From an uncultured delta proteobacterium (GTDB taxonomy: Bacteria; Desulfobacterota; Desulfobacteria; Desulfobacterales; JAHEIW01), in NCBI GenBank assembly GCA_963706575.1, contig CAVPNL010000015.1:465518-529517 (forward strand): DNA of 64,000 bases, read 5' to 3'. A program made the position numbers and the translations under genes. Shown here one piece after another: positions 63,576-64,000 of this stretch. Every line of letters begins with the position of its first letter. Position 1 is the stretch's first letter. The notes beneath the pieces were generated by a model. That model did not search any database and was not told the DNA's origin. It worked only from the letters and a program-made list of their open reading frames with translations.

Positions 63576-64000
63576 ATGTTGAAAAGCAGTGAAAAGCTAA
63601 CGTGGCGGTGTTTTTCTCTTTTCCTGACGATGCTGGCCCTGGTCCTTTTTCTCGGCGACGCGCCTCTGGCCGTCGCCTCGGAAGACGGCAGCTCTCACAG
63701 CGGCGGCCACGGCAGCAGTCACGCAGGCAAGGGCAAGCGTGGTGGGTCCGGCCATGACAGTGGTGGTGATCATGGCAGCTCTCACGTTAAAGGCAAAGGC
63801 AATGGCAATCATGGGGGGCAGTCAGGTGACAGTACCGTAACCAGAGACCGTGGGCGTCGACCGGTCTGGGCGCAGGAAGGTCTGCCTGACGTCGAACTGG
63901 GCCGTCTGAACGCGGCACGGGCACCTGACCATGTGCTCACCAGGTCTCTGGCAGAAGCTGGCGGGGCATTGGCTGCCGACTCCCAGGCCAGCGTCCACTC
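63576..64000 (+). CDS. Secreted His/Gly-rich paralogue of the upstream protein (runs off window end)
   Basis: Hand translation MLKSSEKLTWRCFSLFLTMLALVLFLG...HSGGHGSSH...RPVWAQEGLPDVELGRLNAARAP. Confidence 0.72.
   Translation, partial: MLKSSEKLTWRCFSLFLTMLALVLFLGDAPLAVASEDGSSHSGGHGSSHAGKGKRGGSGHDSGGDHGSSHVKGKGNGNHGGQSGDSTVTRDRGRRPVWAQEGLPDVELGRLNAARAPDHVLTRSLAEAGGALAADSQASVH

Overview
The window looks like at least three unrelated contigs joined end to end. (1) 1 to ~40,990 is a moderate-GC, Desulfobacterales-like region. It carries a succinate-CoA-ligase-like pair, a TAXI-TRAP transporter, a VWA/3xOmpA protein and a secreted caspase-like peptidase. It also has a GntR-linked small-organic-acid catabolic cluster: tartrate dehydrogenase, BKACE, TctABC, sugar isomerase, split transketolase, a plant-HPR1-like dehydrogenase and a deleted DUF1537 kinase remnant. 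PilZ genes follow, then a divergent trpD-like / aro (shikimate pathway) locus. That locus has two back-to-back ribosome-dependent attenuators missing from the ORF track: a WWW Trp leader and an alternating YFYFYFY Phe/Tyr leader, each followed by two tandem terminators. (2) ~40,990 to ~62,400 is a high-GC Planctomycetota-like region. It holds an ECF sigma plus Ser/Thr kinase-WD40-TPR, a REP/RAYT-rich stretch with two copies of an internally deleted RAYT, and an intact DUF932-like + SF2 helicase pair beside AbiE and IS66 remnants. A giant LEPR-XLL metalloprotease/adhesin follows. (3) From ~62,401 a third contig has two paralogous secreted proteins of unknown function. Many genes from 34 kb onward are frameshifted, most likely by long-read indel errors. 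No rRNA, tRNA or CRISPR array was found. Family calls come from motif recognition by eye; no database searches were run.
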